Below, piece by piece: positions 23,169 to 37,372 of a stretch of 64,000 bases of DNA. A program made the translations under genes and the position numbers. How positions within the stretch are numbered: position 1 is the first letter of the stretch; each line of letters starts with the position of its first letter. Under the pieces are notes generated by a model, which saw only the letters and a list, made by a program, of their open reading frames with translations, searched no databases and had not been told where the DNA came from. The DNA is from Chlorokybus atmophyticus (taxonomy: Eukaryota; Plantae; Mesostigma and Chlorokybus algae), in NCBI GenBank assembly GCA_009103225.1, contig RHPI01001965.1, positions 139,114-203,113 on the forward strand, read 5' to 3'.

Positions 23169-23810
23169 CTACTCGATGTTGATGGCGGTTGTCTTGGGCT
23201 CCTCCTGGCGCTTCTGCACAGTGATGGTCAGGACGCCGTTCTCGTGCTTGGCAGTGACCTTGCTGGGATCGGTGTTCTCAGGCAGCTTGAATGCACGCTC
23301 AAAGCTGCCATAGCTGCGCTCCACTCTGTGATAGTTGTCGCCCTCCTTCTTCTCCTCCTGCACATCAAGCAGGAAGACACACACTGTCAACAACAAACTG
23401 TCCAACCAACCAAAGGTGGGGAAGATGACCTGCATATCACAAAGGCATTGAACTGCAACCAAAATGTGTTGACGGCGCAGTCCCACAGAACATGCATACT
23501 TAAAAACAGTGCAACACTCGACATGTGCAACCACCAGAACTGCAAAACATACCTGCTTGCGTTCACCGCTGATGCTGAGCACTCTTCCTTCCAGCACCTG
23601 CACCTTGATGTCTTCCTTCTTCATGCCAGGGACGTCCGCATGGAACTCGAAGGCGTCCTTCGTCTCCACAACGTCCACACTGGCGGTGGGCATGCGGGCG
23701 AGCTGCTGGCCGGCTGCTTCGCTGGAGGGCCGCAGCATGGCGCTGAAGAGGCGGTCGACGTCGCTGGTGGGCATGCCAAGCTCCCACATGGGAAACAGGG
23801 ATAGCGCCAT
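23169..23810 (-). CDS. HSP20: Small heat-shock protein G ('MALSL' subtype), 2 exons
   Basis: [17 protein letters not shown]...ISGERKQ | intron 23358-23552 | [28 protein letters not shown]...[11 protein letters not shown]. Confidence 0.96.
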   Translation of the reverse strand: MALSLFPMWELGMPTSDVDRLFSAMLRPSSEAAGQQLARMPTASVDVVETKDAFEFHADVPGMKKEDIKVQVLEGRVLSISGERKQVCFAVLVVAHVECCTVFKYACSVGLRRQHILVAVQCLCDMQVIFPTFGWLDSLLLTVCVFLLDVQEEKKEGDNYHRVERSYGSFERAFKLPENTDPSKVTAKHENGVLTITVQKRQEEPKTTAINIE

Positions 23811-24530
23811 GGTAGGAAACTGAAGCACTCGCCTCGCCAAGTAACTTGCTAGTACGGCAGCACTACACTTGCAGCAGCAAACTTCACACTCGCCAACCAA
23901 GGTTCAGCGCCTCACAGCGATTGGTGCACACACACTCGACCACACCGGCTCTGCATATGGACCACAATATATATACCCTGGGCTCTGCCGCCGCCGCCCA
24001 GAATGCTCCGCCACGTGGGCTGCGGTGCAGCTGCTGCTCTGAGCAGCAGCACTGCGCACTGAACTGAGGAAGCCTCGCGTGCCACTGTTTTGCGGTCAAC
24101 TAACCAGAGTCCAGTTCGATCCAACTTTCTGGAACGTCGCCATGCCCTTTCATCAACACTTGCAGAATTCCCAGATTCAACTTTGGCAGGCCAAATTGGA
24201 CGCATTTGGCCCCGAGTTCAGTCGTAACAACGTTTGTTTCGAGCTCCGGTTAACTCCGAACCGTGAAGCGACCAGAAGCTTCCAGTCTGAGACTCTAGAC
24301 TGCGGTTGGACTGCTCCAGAACTTCTAGACAAGAAGGCGGGCGGCGGTGTCGGTGAGGATATAAGAAGGGAGGTAACTGCACAGCCGACAGCGGAGTGTG
24401 CCGAGACACTGTTGGTTGCGACTGGTTGCAAATCTCAGGCGACAAGCAGTGCTTGCATTGTTGTGCGTCAACCAGGCCTGTGGACTGGTCTCTACGAGTG
24501 AGTGCTGTCGTGTGTGAAGCAGCAGTAAGC
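23811..24530. promoter_or_regulatory. Bidirectional sHSP promoter 2
   Basis: TATATATA on the minus strand near 23968-23975; CACGTG 24012-24017; CAACTAACC 24097-24105; GAAgcTTC inside 24270-24292 (23-mer identical to the reverse complement of 7818-7840); GATATAAG 24358-24365. Confidence 0.82.
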
Positions 24531-25092
24531 ATGGCGCTGTCTCCTTTCTTGGCCCGGGAGTTGGATCTTGCTATGCCGCGGGACTTCGACAGCCTGATGG
24601 ACGCTGTTCTGCGCGGAGGCGCCGCTGCCAATGCTATGACGCGCATGCCCACTACCTCAGTGGATGTGGTGGAGAAGAAGGACGCCTTTGAGTTCCATGC
24701 AGACGTCCCCGGCATGAAGAAGGAGGACATCAAGGTGCAGGTGCTGGACGGGAGGGTGCTCAGCATCAGCGGCGAGCGCAAGCAGGTTGGTGTTGCACCT
24801 GTCTTGTCACACTGAAGCTGTGCGGGTGTGCATTGTACTGAGTTTGTCTGGGATTGATATACACTGGCAGTGACTCACTGTTGCTTGTGGCTATGTGCAG
24901 GAGGAAAAGAAAGAGGGTGACAACTTCCATAGAGTGGAGCGGAACTATGGCCGCTTTGAGCGTAGCTTCCGCCTGCCTCAGAATACCGATCCCAGCAAGA
25001 TCACCGCCAAGCATGAGAACGGGGTCCTGACCATCTCTGTGCAGAAGCGCCATGAGGATCCGCCCAAGACAACGGATGTCACCATCAACTGA
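24531..25092 (+). CDS. HSP20: Small heat-shock protein H ('MALSP' subtype), 2 exons
   Basis: MALSPFLARELDLAMP...ISGERKQ | intron 24786-24900 | [28 protein letters not shown]...EDPPKTTDVTIN*. Confidence 0.96.
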
Positions 25093-25746
25093 GTCAGTCA
25101 GGCGCCAAAGTGCTTCTTGACGCAATTGTTACCTCCTGCGTAGTCGCCTCCATGTAACATAGGTTCAACAGCAGTTTTGCAGGGATAGCTTAGTACTGAC
25201 AGTGCCAGTCATGTTAGTGCACTGAGTTGTATCAATATCATTATCACTGCCTTCGTATCTCTGTCTGCGATGCTGAGCCTGTGTCTGCTGCGTTCAACAT
25301 GTTTGCATGCGGCTGGCAGCACGTTCTTGTTCTTGCAAGCTAGTTTGATCTTGGTATATTGCAACTGGCTGAGTGGGAACGGTGGCTGTATCACTAAACA
25401 AATCCAAACCACTATTTTGCAATACTATCAACATGCAGAAATGTGGCTCAATGCTGATGACCGTGATTTACAAGCTGAAGTCAGACTGCAGATTCTTTGC
25501 TCAAGCTTGTAAGCAACTAGTAGACACTGTTTGCAGTTAACACTTCAGCTGGTGTAACGGCTGTGTCTGTTTGCATGCCATAACGCTGGTATACTGTATG
25601 AAAACCGTACACTACCCAAGTGCGTTACGTAGCTGAGGGCAATACTAGGCTACAGTGCAAAGTCTCAAAAAACGCACAGGCACCCAATGTTGCTTATGTG
25701 CCAAGTGCTAGAGCAAGTAACGCTCGCTGTACAATGATGACACGTC

Positions 25747-27262
25747 TCATCTTTTGTATGCAATGGTGACGCCGTCCGACACTGGCACCATGCAGATGTC
25801 CACCCTCCGATCCCCATGCACCTTCTTGTTCAGCGCCCGGATGGCCCGCGTGCCCTCATCATCAACCTTGGGGTCAACCACCTGCCAGACACAAACAAAC
25901 TCCTCAACCAAACATACACACATCTCCACACCCACTCCCAACCCAACAACTTGTCCCACTCACCCGTCCTCCCCACAGCACGTTGTCGATGACGATCACT
26001 CCTCCCTTCCGCACGAGTCTCATGAGACGCTCGTAGTACGCGTCGTAGTTGTTCTTGTCGGCGTCGATGAAGCCCATGTCGAATGAGCCCTCGCGTCCCT
26101 CAGCCAGCAGCGAGTCCAGCGTGTCGACCGCGGGGGCGATGCGAAGGTCGATGCGGTCGGAGACGCCCGCAGCGTCCCAGTAAGGCCGGCCGATCGACGT
26201 CCACTCCTCGCTCTGTACATACGAGTGAAGATGCATGTATGTGAATGTGCACGTGCACGTGACATACATACACTTGCTTGGTGCGTGGCTGTGTGGGTGC
26301 GTGGGTGCATGCGTGTGTGTGTGGGTGTGTAATCAGCTGTGTATTCATCACATGCATGCACGTACCTCGCTGTATGTCACAACACAATTCGACTTTACAT
26401 ATGAAGATATGTCAAGCTTGTTGATGATGGCCTGCTACTATGTTCTGTCTAGAGTGCGAGGCAACGGCCAGTACCAATCAGCTTACCACGTCGCACGCAA
26501 TGAGGCGGCCGCCCGGGGGCATCACGGCGGCCATGCCGAGGGCGGTGTAGCCAGTGAACACGCCGACCTCGACGATGTTCTTCGCGCCCACCATGCGAAC
26601 TATCATCTGCGACAAGGAATGCCAGGATGAGAATGTTGTCGACAACTTGTGTGCGCACGCACGCGCGCGCGCAAGCATGTCCATGGGCGTACATTTGCAC
26701 GTGCACGTGCCTGCGTGTGGTAAGTGTGCATGACCTCATGCACGTGCACTGAAGAAATAAAGTAGAGTAACGTGGAGTAAGAGTAGGATGGACCCAAGTG
26801 CCAAACGTACCTGGAAGTGTGTCAACTGCATTGTGCCAAACATACAGAGACACGCACATGCATGCACTGCGTTCAATGAGCAAACACGTAAGATGACACC
26901 CAATGAGGTGCATGCAAGTTACGACCATTGCATGCGGCTCAGCATGCAATGGTCCGGTCAACGTTACAATCCACATACACATGCATGCACACACCAACCC
27001 GGCAAGCACATGCACTACACTATAACAACAACAACCACACACTCACCTGCAAGAATGCAACGTTGTCTGGAGGCGAGCACATCCCGAACCACCTCCCCGT
27101 CCGCTGTTTCGTCTCATCCCTGAGCGCCGCAAGCTGCTTCACCACCACATCACCATCATCGTCCCCCTGATCGCCCCCCCCCGCAGCATCAGCAGTCCGG
27201 ACACCCACGGACAGCAGGTAATCGTGCAGGTCGTCCGATAGCCCTATCGCCTTGTGAGCCAT
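25747..27262 (-). CDS. CCoAOMT-like (Methyltransf_3) cation-dependent O-methyltransferase, 4 exons
   Basis: IVEVGVFTGYTAL (SAM motif I), SFDMGFIDADKNNY, GGVIVIDNVLWGG, VPVSDGVT. Confidence 0.92.
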
Positions 27263-27536
27263 CGCTCCCAACACAGAGCCAAGAGCCTACCCGCCGCCAC
27301 CACAGACGTCGCCGCCGCTTCGAGACACGTGTCATATTGTGGCAAAGTGGAGAAGTTAGCCCCGAGACGCAACCCCGTTTGACCGACCTGGTTGAAGACG
27401 ATGCCACTGTGAACCAGGTCGAAGCATCTCAATCTCTGCTGATATGGCTGCCACGTCAGCTTGACTTCTGCCAGCTGGCAGCTCTGGACACTGAGTCGTG
27501 GCGGTGGCGGTGGCGGTGGCGGCGGCGTCCGTGTCC

Positions 27537-30500
27537 ATGTCCGCGGCCTGCACCGCCGTCTGCTTTGCATTACCACAGCATCAGTTACTGGCAACCACTG
27601 CTGGGGCCATCGGCGCCTCAGGCGGAGGTCAGTGACGCCTACAGGCAAAGGACAAGGAGCACAAGGACAAGGACAAGGACAAGGGCAAATAGGAGGGCTA
27701 GGACGCCTCTCTCTCCGTCGTCCTCCTCCAGCAAGGTGCGAGGCGGTGGGGTCCGGGACAGCCGAGAGGTCGGCGGGGTCCAGGACTGGGCACGAGGAGG
27801 AGGCGGCAGCAGGGATGGGGCGTGGCGGCAAGGAGGAGGCGGAGGAGAGCGTGCTGGTGGTGAATGCGGGCAGCAGCAGTGTCAAGTATGCGCTGTATGT
27901 CACTCAGGACGGCGGCGGCCACCTGAAGTGAGTCAGTTGAGCGCTAACAAAAAGGAAGGTTGACGTTCGTACTGGAGTTTTATGCTGAAACAACTGCATG
28001 GGACACATGGCATTGATAATGTAACCAAACTCGGCGACACCCAATGCAGGTGCTTGTCACGATTGTGCACATGCAAATGCGCGCATGTCCGTGTGTGCAT
28101 GTGTGCGCGCTGGTGCATGCATGAGCACGGGGACGTGCACGTGGGCGCATATGTGTAGACTGTCATCACTTTTATGTGCTCTTTCTCTCATGACCGTGCA
28201 TATATGTATGTGCGCTCACGCGTGGGTACGCACGCATGTGCACAATGTCATCGCTAACATGCGCATTGTCTGTAGTCTCCATCGTATCACTCGACCATTT
28301 TGTTACCCCCCTCGCTATCATCAGCCATGTTGCCCACGATTTGATCATGGTCGACCTCATCCATGTCTGCACAAGGTGCAAGGCCCAGGGGTCCATAGAC
28401 GCCATTGGCACGTCCGATAGTGAAATCAAACACAAGCGGATATCGGATAGTGACGGGGACGCCGACAAGGACACGGAGAAGGCTGAAATCAAGGACTATA
28501 AAGACGCTCTACACAAGGTGGGGTGCATATTTTCTCCCACATACACTCAACTATAACAACCACAACTTCACGCGCTCACATGCATGATGCGCACACATAT
28601 GTATGCGCATAGACGTATGCGCTTGGAGACATGCGTGCTCACACACATGAACGCATACAGGCACGCGTGCGCACGAGCATACCAACACATGCACATAAGC
28701 AGCACTGGCATAGCGATTTATGTTGGCGATTGTGGTGTGGAACCCAGGTGTTGGAGAAGCTGGATATCAGCGATCCAAGCACGATATCAGCAGTGGGTCA
28801 CAGGGTGGTTCATGGGCGCGAAATTGAGCAGCCTGTTGCGATAGACAACGAGATCAAAGAGGACATCAAGTCCGCTTCCGCTCTTGCGCCCCTGCACAAC
28901 CCTCACCACTTGGAGGTGAGTGTTGTGTGTACTTGCGCGTTTGCATCGGTGTGTGGTTGTGTCAAGGTGATGAACAAATGCTTGGTTGCAGGCGATAGAA
29001 ATAGCGCAGGAGATCTTTCCTTGCACGCATGTGGCCGTCTTCGACACCGCCTTTCATGCAACAATGCCGCCCAAAGGTGCGCTCGACATCCACATGGATG
29101 CACATGAACAAGATACATGTATACACGTGTACATATGCTACACTTCAATTGCACGTTCTAGCAATGCAAGTACACTTACACACAGGACATGTACACCTTC
29201 CCTTATGCATATGTGACTGCGACTAAGTAAGTTGCAGCAGTACGATGTAACTGAAAGATTGCGCAGCGCACACACATATACACACATGTGGTTCGCGCGC
29301 ACGGGGGCGTGCGCGTGCAACACAGTATAACGCAATCTTCATCGGGCAACGCATTCACCTAACGGAGGTTGCATGTCCATCCCATCTGCAGCCTACACAT
29401 ACGCGGTTCCGCGCGATCTGGCTTCCGAGGTTGGTCTTCGTCGTTACGGCTTCCACGGGACGAGCTACATGCACCTGACAAAGAAGGCGGCGGAGCACCT
29501 GGGCAAGGACGAGGACGCCGTCAACCTCATCATCATGCACCTCGGGGCCGGCGCCAGCGTGTGCGCGGTCAAGGGAGGGAAGAGCGTCGACACGTCCATG
29601 GGGGTAACGCCACTCGAGGGACTCGTCATGGCAACAAGGAGGTGTGCGCAACCATGGAGTGGTGTCGTGTGGGTTGGGCGAGTTTGCGTGCATGTGTCTT
29701 TTTTTGCATGACTCGTTTGGTGGTGCGCATTCTGGCTCTTGTGCGCCGTGTGTGTGCACGCACGTGCGCAGGGGTATGTGTGCATGTGCAGACGCACGCG
29801 TGCATATACATGCGTGCGTTTACCTTCGCGTGTGCATGCATCTGCGTGCGCGAGTGTTTATGTTTGTGAGTGAATCTGTGTGTGACTGTTTTTGACACCT
29901 CCAGCTTGCCAACTGCAAGGTTTTGTGGCTATGCGCTTAATATCACGCAACCAGTTGTGCTGCTAGTAGTACTATGTCTCCATGCCTGTCACCTGACATC
30001 CCCCTTCTGCCGTGTGCACAGCGGCGACATCGATCCTGCTGTGTACGGCCTGCTGAAGCGTCAGAAGGGCATGGATGTGGACGCCGTCGACGAGCTGCTC
30101 AACAAGAAGAGCGGACTGCTCGGCCTCTGCGGCGAAAAGGACCTGCGCAACATCGATGAAAGGGCCAGGAAAGGGGACAAAGACGCTCAACTAGCCATTG
30201 AGGTACAGCATGAAACAACGAGCGCTTTTGGATATATAATCAGTCATACCTCACCCATGGTATCATACCATTTCACTCACATGCGTGTGCAGTGTGTTGT
30301 GCATTGTGGCATATTACAGCAAGTGATCGGCACATGACAATGTCACTTGTATTGGTGTGGAGTGTTATTTTTCCACAGCATTGTTGCCACACCAAGTTGA
30401 AGGTGTACGACGGTTGCATAATGTAGCAAGGTATCAAGTTGCGAAGCAGGCCCTGAACTGCAATCGCTCAGTTGTAGCAATTACCAGTGTCGAATCATTT

Positions 30501-30937
30501 CTGAGCACTTGTCTTATGCCAGGAGCTTGCTATATGAGTTATGTACACCGCTGTTCGTTGCTATGAGACCACATATGGGCAGTTCACCAACCTGATGGAC
30601 ACACACAAAACTGCATGTGCAGGTGATGGTGTACAGCATCCGCAAGTACGTAGGCGCGTACCTGGTGCACCTGGACGGCGAGGTGGACGCCCTTGTCTTC
30701 AGCGCGGGCATCGGCGAGCACTCTGCAGTGGTGCGCAAGAGTGTGTGCGCAGGGATGGCATGGGCGGGCATCGCACTTGATGCGGAGAAGAACAGCGCGG
30801 TTGCGGGGAAAAAAGATGTGGAGGACGTCAGTGCTAAGGACTCGAGGATCAAAGTGCTTGTCATCAAGACTGATGAAGAACTGTGCATCGCGCAGCAGGC
30901 GCTTGCGGTCGTGCACCAGCAGCGGACAAGACAGTGA
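27537..30937 (+). CDS. ACK: Acetate kinase 1 (putative plastid transit peptide), multi-exon
   Basis: [72 protein letters not shown]. The 5' exon MSAACTAVCFAL... (27537-27627) splices in phase to ARCEA at 27732 (inferred); alternative ATG at 27815. Confidence 0.95.
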
Positions 30938-31863
30938 GCTGTTACATCATACGTTGTGTGCATTGGTTAGTCTCTAGTGGAGTTGTTTGTTACGTTGTGT
31001 AGCATATTGTAATCAATAGGTAAAATGTAGCATACACACGATCTTGGTTATTCCCACACATAGCAGGTGTACATTATGCAAGCTTTGTGCTTAGTTGCGT
31101 CCTGCCACAAGTGACAATGATTGCAGCACCTGGCTCGCTCCATGTGCATTACCAAGCTAAGTGTAAACTACAACACGTTGCCATGTTGGTCAATTCTGGT
31201 GGTGTTACTTTGTGCATGGCGAGTCGTAGGTTGCTTAGCGTGAACTACAACGTAAAGCTGGGGGCTCATGGCTTAGCTTATGTGTGCAACAACTGAAGTC
31301 ATTTCCATGCTTAGTTATACATATCCCCATTAGCCGTGATGATGTGCTTGTTCATTACAAAAATGACTTTGAGACAACTCCTGCTACTATGTATCCCTGT
31401 GACTGAGGACACAAGTAATGAGACTTGCCACAGTCTTTGCATATGTTCATAGAGCACATCAGAGCTGCGCTAGGCACGCTCAAAGGTAGAATGCAACAAT
31501 GCAAGCACACAGCAAGCCAGCAGCAGTAGCACAACACAAGCAATCAATTAGAACAGGAGCAAAGACAGAGCTTTACATGTCTTCGTTTGGCGGAGGAAGA
31601 GAGGATTGTTGACAGTGATGTTGCGCTAGCCTGTTTGACTTGTATTCTGCCTTGTTGGCAATGCCTCAGGTGCCTTGTGCTGCATGCCATCACGAGCTTC
31701 AAGACTTATGCACCATCATTTGCAACATAATCAAACTCGCACTCCATCAAGCTAATGGTATCAACCTGTATGTACAACGCAGAATTCATGTTCACTTTAC
31801 ACGCTACCTGCAACTACCTGACCCTGTACACCTCGTTACAACAATATGTGGCAGAGGTGTACG

Positions 31864-33416
31864 TCACAAAGGCTTTGTGCTGTTGTTGCTGTTGTTATTT
31901 TGGGCAGACACAGCAGCGGCAGCAGCGGACGCGGCCGTTGCCGCGGCCGAGGCAGCCATGGCTGCGGTCGACACGGCCTGCATGACGCTCTGCAGAGTCA
32001 TATAGTCCATTTGTGGGTACTGCTGCATGCCCCAGTGCATGTTGCCGCTCTCGTCCACGCCGTCCTGATCATTAGAAATGGATGTTTGCGGCCGAGCACC
32101 ATACATCTGCATGAGGATGAGTTTTAGTCTTTCGCAAACCTTGCAGAGGGAAACAACTCACCAACTTGTTAGTGACTTGAACAGTATAATGACAGTGATA
32201 CAACTTGTACCTGGGGTTGACGCAACCGCATCAACAACTCGCTCTTTTCTTTCCTTAGCCTGTGGATGTCTGTCTTGTACTGCTCCTCCGCCTTGCGCTG
32301 GTTATTTGCAAAGTTGGGTGAGCACGGAACATAGACAGGACAGGAGACGTTTACAACGAACCAACTACTACATGTTGTTTGTACCCATCTCATGCCTTGC
32401 CGTAGGCGTGTCAGGACGTGCACTGACAATGCTGTAGCAGCATATGGCGCTGCCGTCTGTAATTGCAAACCACACTCAACCTCGTGTCATGCAACAATGG
32501 CTGCTACTTAATACGGAAAGGAGTTACTGAACACAAGTGCTGACCTTCACTTGAGGCTCCACCTTCTTGTAAACCGTCTTGATTTGCTCGCTAGCAGGAC
32601 CAAACAAGTCCACAGCTACCTGAAGACAAGGAGAAGCAAATTTGACTTGTCAAACAGAGGTTACAGGCCTCCCATAATAAGCAACTCCTGACTTTGCCAC
32701 TTTATGTCGCAGTACAAGTTCAGGCCATGCCCCAAGCAGGCATGCGCCACTGTCTAGGACGCTGAAGCAGCACATGCAGAATCTTACAAGAAAAAGCGAA
32801 GGGTACTGCAGCTAACAGTCTACTGCTACTACTAGCAGTCACTCAGCAGACTATTGTTAACTTCTCCTTACCTGGACGTCCACCTTCGGCAGGCCCACTT
32901 TGACCTTCTGCGCCTGAGTGCTAACTTGCTGCTGCCATTGCTTGAACTGCCACAGCACAAGATTACATTGGACACAACAACTAACGAGGTTGAGAAGTCC
33001 TGATATTAACTCCATCTATGCCTGCAACATACAAACAGAACTTGCCGGCACACACAGGTTGAGAAAGTGAGCAAATAATTATAGCACGCATAGCTGTTGT
33101 TTCAATGTTCTTGTGTTTCTTATTAAGGGCGAAGAGGGGGGCTACATTGTGACCTAGAGCTAATAGTATATATATATATAGTATATTACCATACAGGTTC
33201 CGGTATCAAAGCGTTACAATATCACACATGAATTCATATAGCCAAGCAGTGGTCGCTGTCCAGTGGTCAACTCACCCTTCCAGGTAGCTCCGCGGCGGTC
33301 TGCTCTGCCTTATTCCTCAGGCTGCTAAACACGTCCCCTAAGCGCACCTTACCGCTGTGGCCGTGGCCACCCGCTGCCGCCGCCGACGCCGACGGCGGCG
33401 GCGACGACGCCGCCAT
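31864..33416 (-). CDS. Unidentified multi-exon protein with a coiled coil and a low-complexity C-terminus
   Basis: MAASSPPPSASAAAAGG...LRNKAEQTAAELPGR | ... FKQWQQQVSTQAQKVKVGLPKVDVQ | VAVDLFGPASEQIKTVYKKVEPQVK | ...KAEEQYKTDIHRLRKEKSELLMRLRQPQ | MYGARPQ...AAAAAVSAQNNNSNNSTKPL*. Some junctions are unresolved. Confidence 0.6.
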
Positions 33417-33716
33417 GGCGGGAAAGCTGGTGGCCAAGTGTTAGAGCAAAGCGCGTGAATCAAACTGTTTGAAACCAACACTCTGTGATTAGGAGTTGAC
33501 ACCGATATCGGCGCCTTATTATATACGTGTCCAGAGCAGGTCGATATCGCCTTGAGTAGGGTTAGGGTTGTTTGACGCTCCTTTGCTGGTTGTTGGCGGT
33601 GTTGCTGCGGGCGTCGGTGGTGTCGGCATTGCACGCCCATCGTCATCCAAGGCTTGTCTAGCCTGAATCGCTGCCTCGCTGCTTGCTGCCTGTTTGCTGT
33701 TTTCCGGCGAAGCGAG

Positions 33717-35484
<1,768 letters not shown>

Positions 35485-37372
35485 TCTGCGTGATGATCGT
35501 GGCACTCAACAGTGGCAGTCCTCTTGGCACATCTGTTGCGATGAAGGTCAGTCATCTCTTGCGCCTGCAATAATGCGCATGACTGCAGCATGGTGCTGTG
35601 CTTTCAGCTGGCGCAACCAATCTCAATGGATTCAGAAGCACCATTGTCTGCGTGTTTATAGGTAGTGCTCTGCCAGCATTACTGTTACTAATGGTAGAAA
35701 TACCACCGCAGTATGCTTGCGCAGCATTGCTACGAACATCCGCTTGCATGTAGCAAACATCTTCTCACGACTGTGCATGCAGTGCTTGTCAATAGATAGT
35801 CATGACAGCCTACAACACTGGCGATGTGGCAGGTGTTTACAACTGCTAACATGCATGCCTAACGGGTTGGGGCAGTAGTGAAGACAAGTAGGTAGTTCAA
35901 TAGCATCGTGGTCAAATAACAACGGTTGTGCAGACCTGCATCTTGACTGTGCACATGTGAGCATGCATGTTCACATGCACCGCATTGCATACTTTGTCTC
36001 TATACTTCGCGAAACGGGCACAAGATCCAAGTGTCACAGCCATAACACTAACGCAACAACGCAAATACTTTGTACACTCACGTGGCAGTCACTATCATAT
36101 GCCATAGTTGCACAAAGACACATGCGCAGGTGGCTGCAATTGCCATGCATGCATGCATGCATGTCTAACAGGGGACAGTAGTGGTACACTTAGAGGTAGT
36201 CAGCAGGCACCATGTAGGCGCCTTGCCCCAGTGGTCGATGTGGTGAGTGTTGGTGTTGTTGGCTGAATTGCATGTGCACGTACGTTTGCATGTTATGCAT
36301 TCCCTCTTGCATCTTTCGAACACACTTGTACTCGAGCGTGGTCAAGGTGACATACGGCAGCGCCCATACGCAGAAGGCCGCAGGCTCCTGAGTGGTGAGC
36401 ACATGCCCTCTTGCATCTTTTATACACTACTTGCATGCACGAAATGCCTGCTATATCTTTATACAATCGCGATCGTAGTACACTTGCAATGTTACCTGGC
36501 TGCTACATCTCTTCATTTCTCTACTTTTACTCTTTCATTCGGAAGTGTTTTGAATATATTGTGGTATGGAACCGTAACAGTCACTCTCTTTGGTTCTCTG
36601 AGAGGATAAAAGAGATGTAGGTGCAAGCTACAATTGCATGTGTGCTACAACTTTAGTAAGCCCTGGTATAAACTGACGTTGTGCGTACAAGGACATGCGA
36701 TGCAGTACTGTGTCTATATTATGAACTTTCTTCACCAAGCAAAGCTGCCAATGGCACCTCTTGAGGCTCGCGTGTGTTCAACTAAAATGCGGCCTGCGAT
36801 GTATGATAGTTGGTACGGCCAATTTGATCAGCTGTTTGCGACAGTTCAAACCAAGCGCAGTTTGTGGAATTACATGAGGCAATAACATAATGGATATCTG
36901 CAGAGTGATTACAAGGGTGACAATGCGTACTACGTTTTCAAGACCCATGCGCACTGACTTGATAGCAGATGAGAATCTTGACCTCAGACCAAAAAATTGC
37001 AATTAGATTCATGCCTATGCAGCCTCTGTACTACAACCTCACAATCTATAGACAAATGCACATGGGTGTGTGTAGCAAGCTGTGACAAGCTGCAGCAGGC
37101 TGTTTGAGCTGAACTCTAGTCATGCTTAGATGTAGCAGGACTAGCAGCCTTACATTTCAGTTCCGTGCATTCACCATTGTCATTACGCTGATAAACGCAA
37201 TTTTCCGTGCCAACAAGCCCAGCTAGACACAACCTGCAAAACCTGGACACCGCACACTAAATACAAATGTTACAAAAGTATAAGGGGTATTAAGAAAACA
37301 TTGCAAACTGCATGTCCGCTGCGGCATTGACTGTACAATGCGTGTACATGTATACAATCTGCATTTGGCTCA

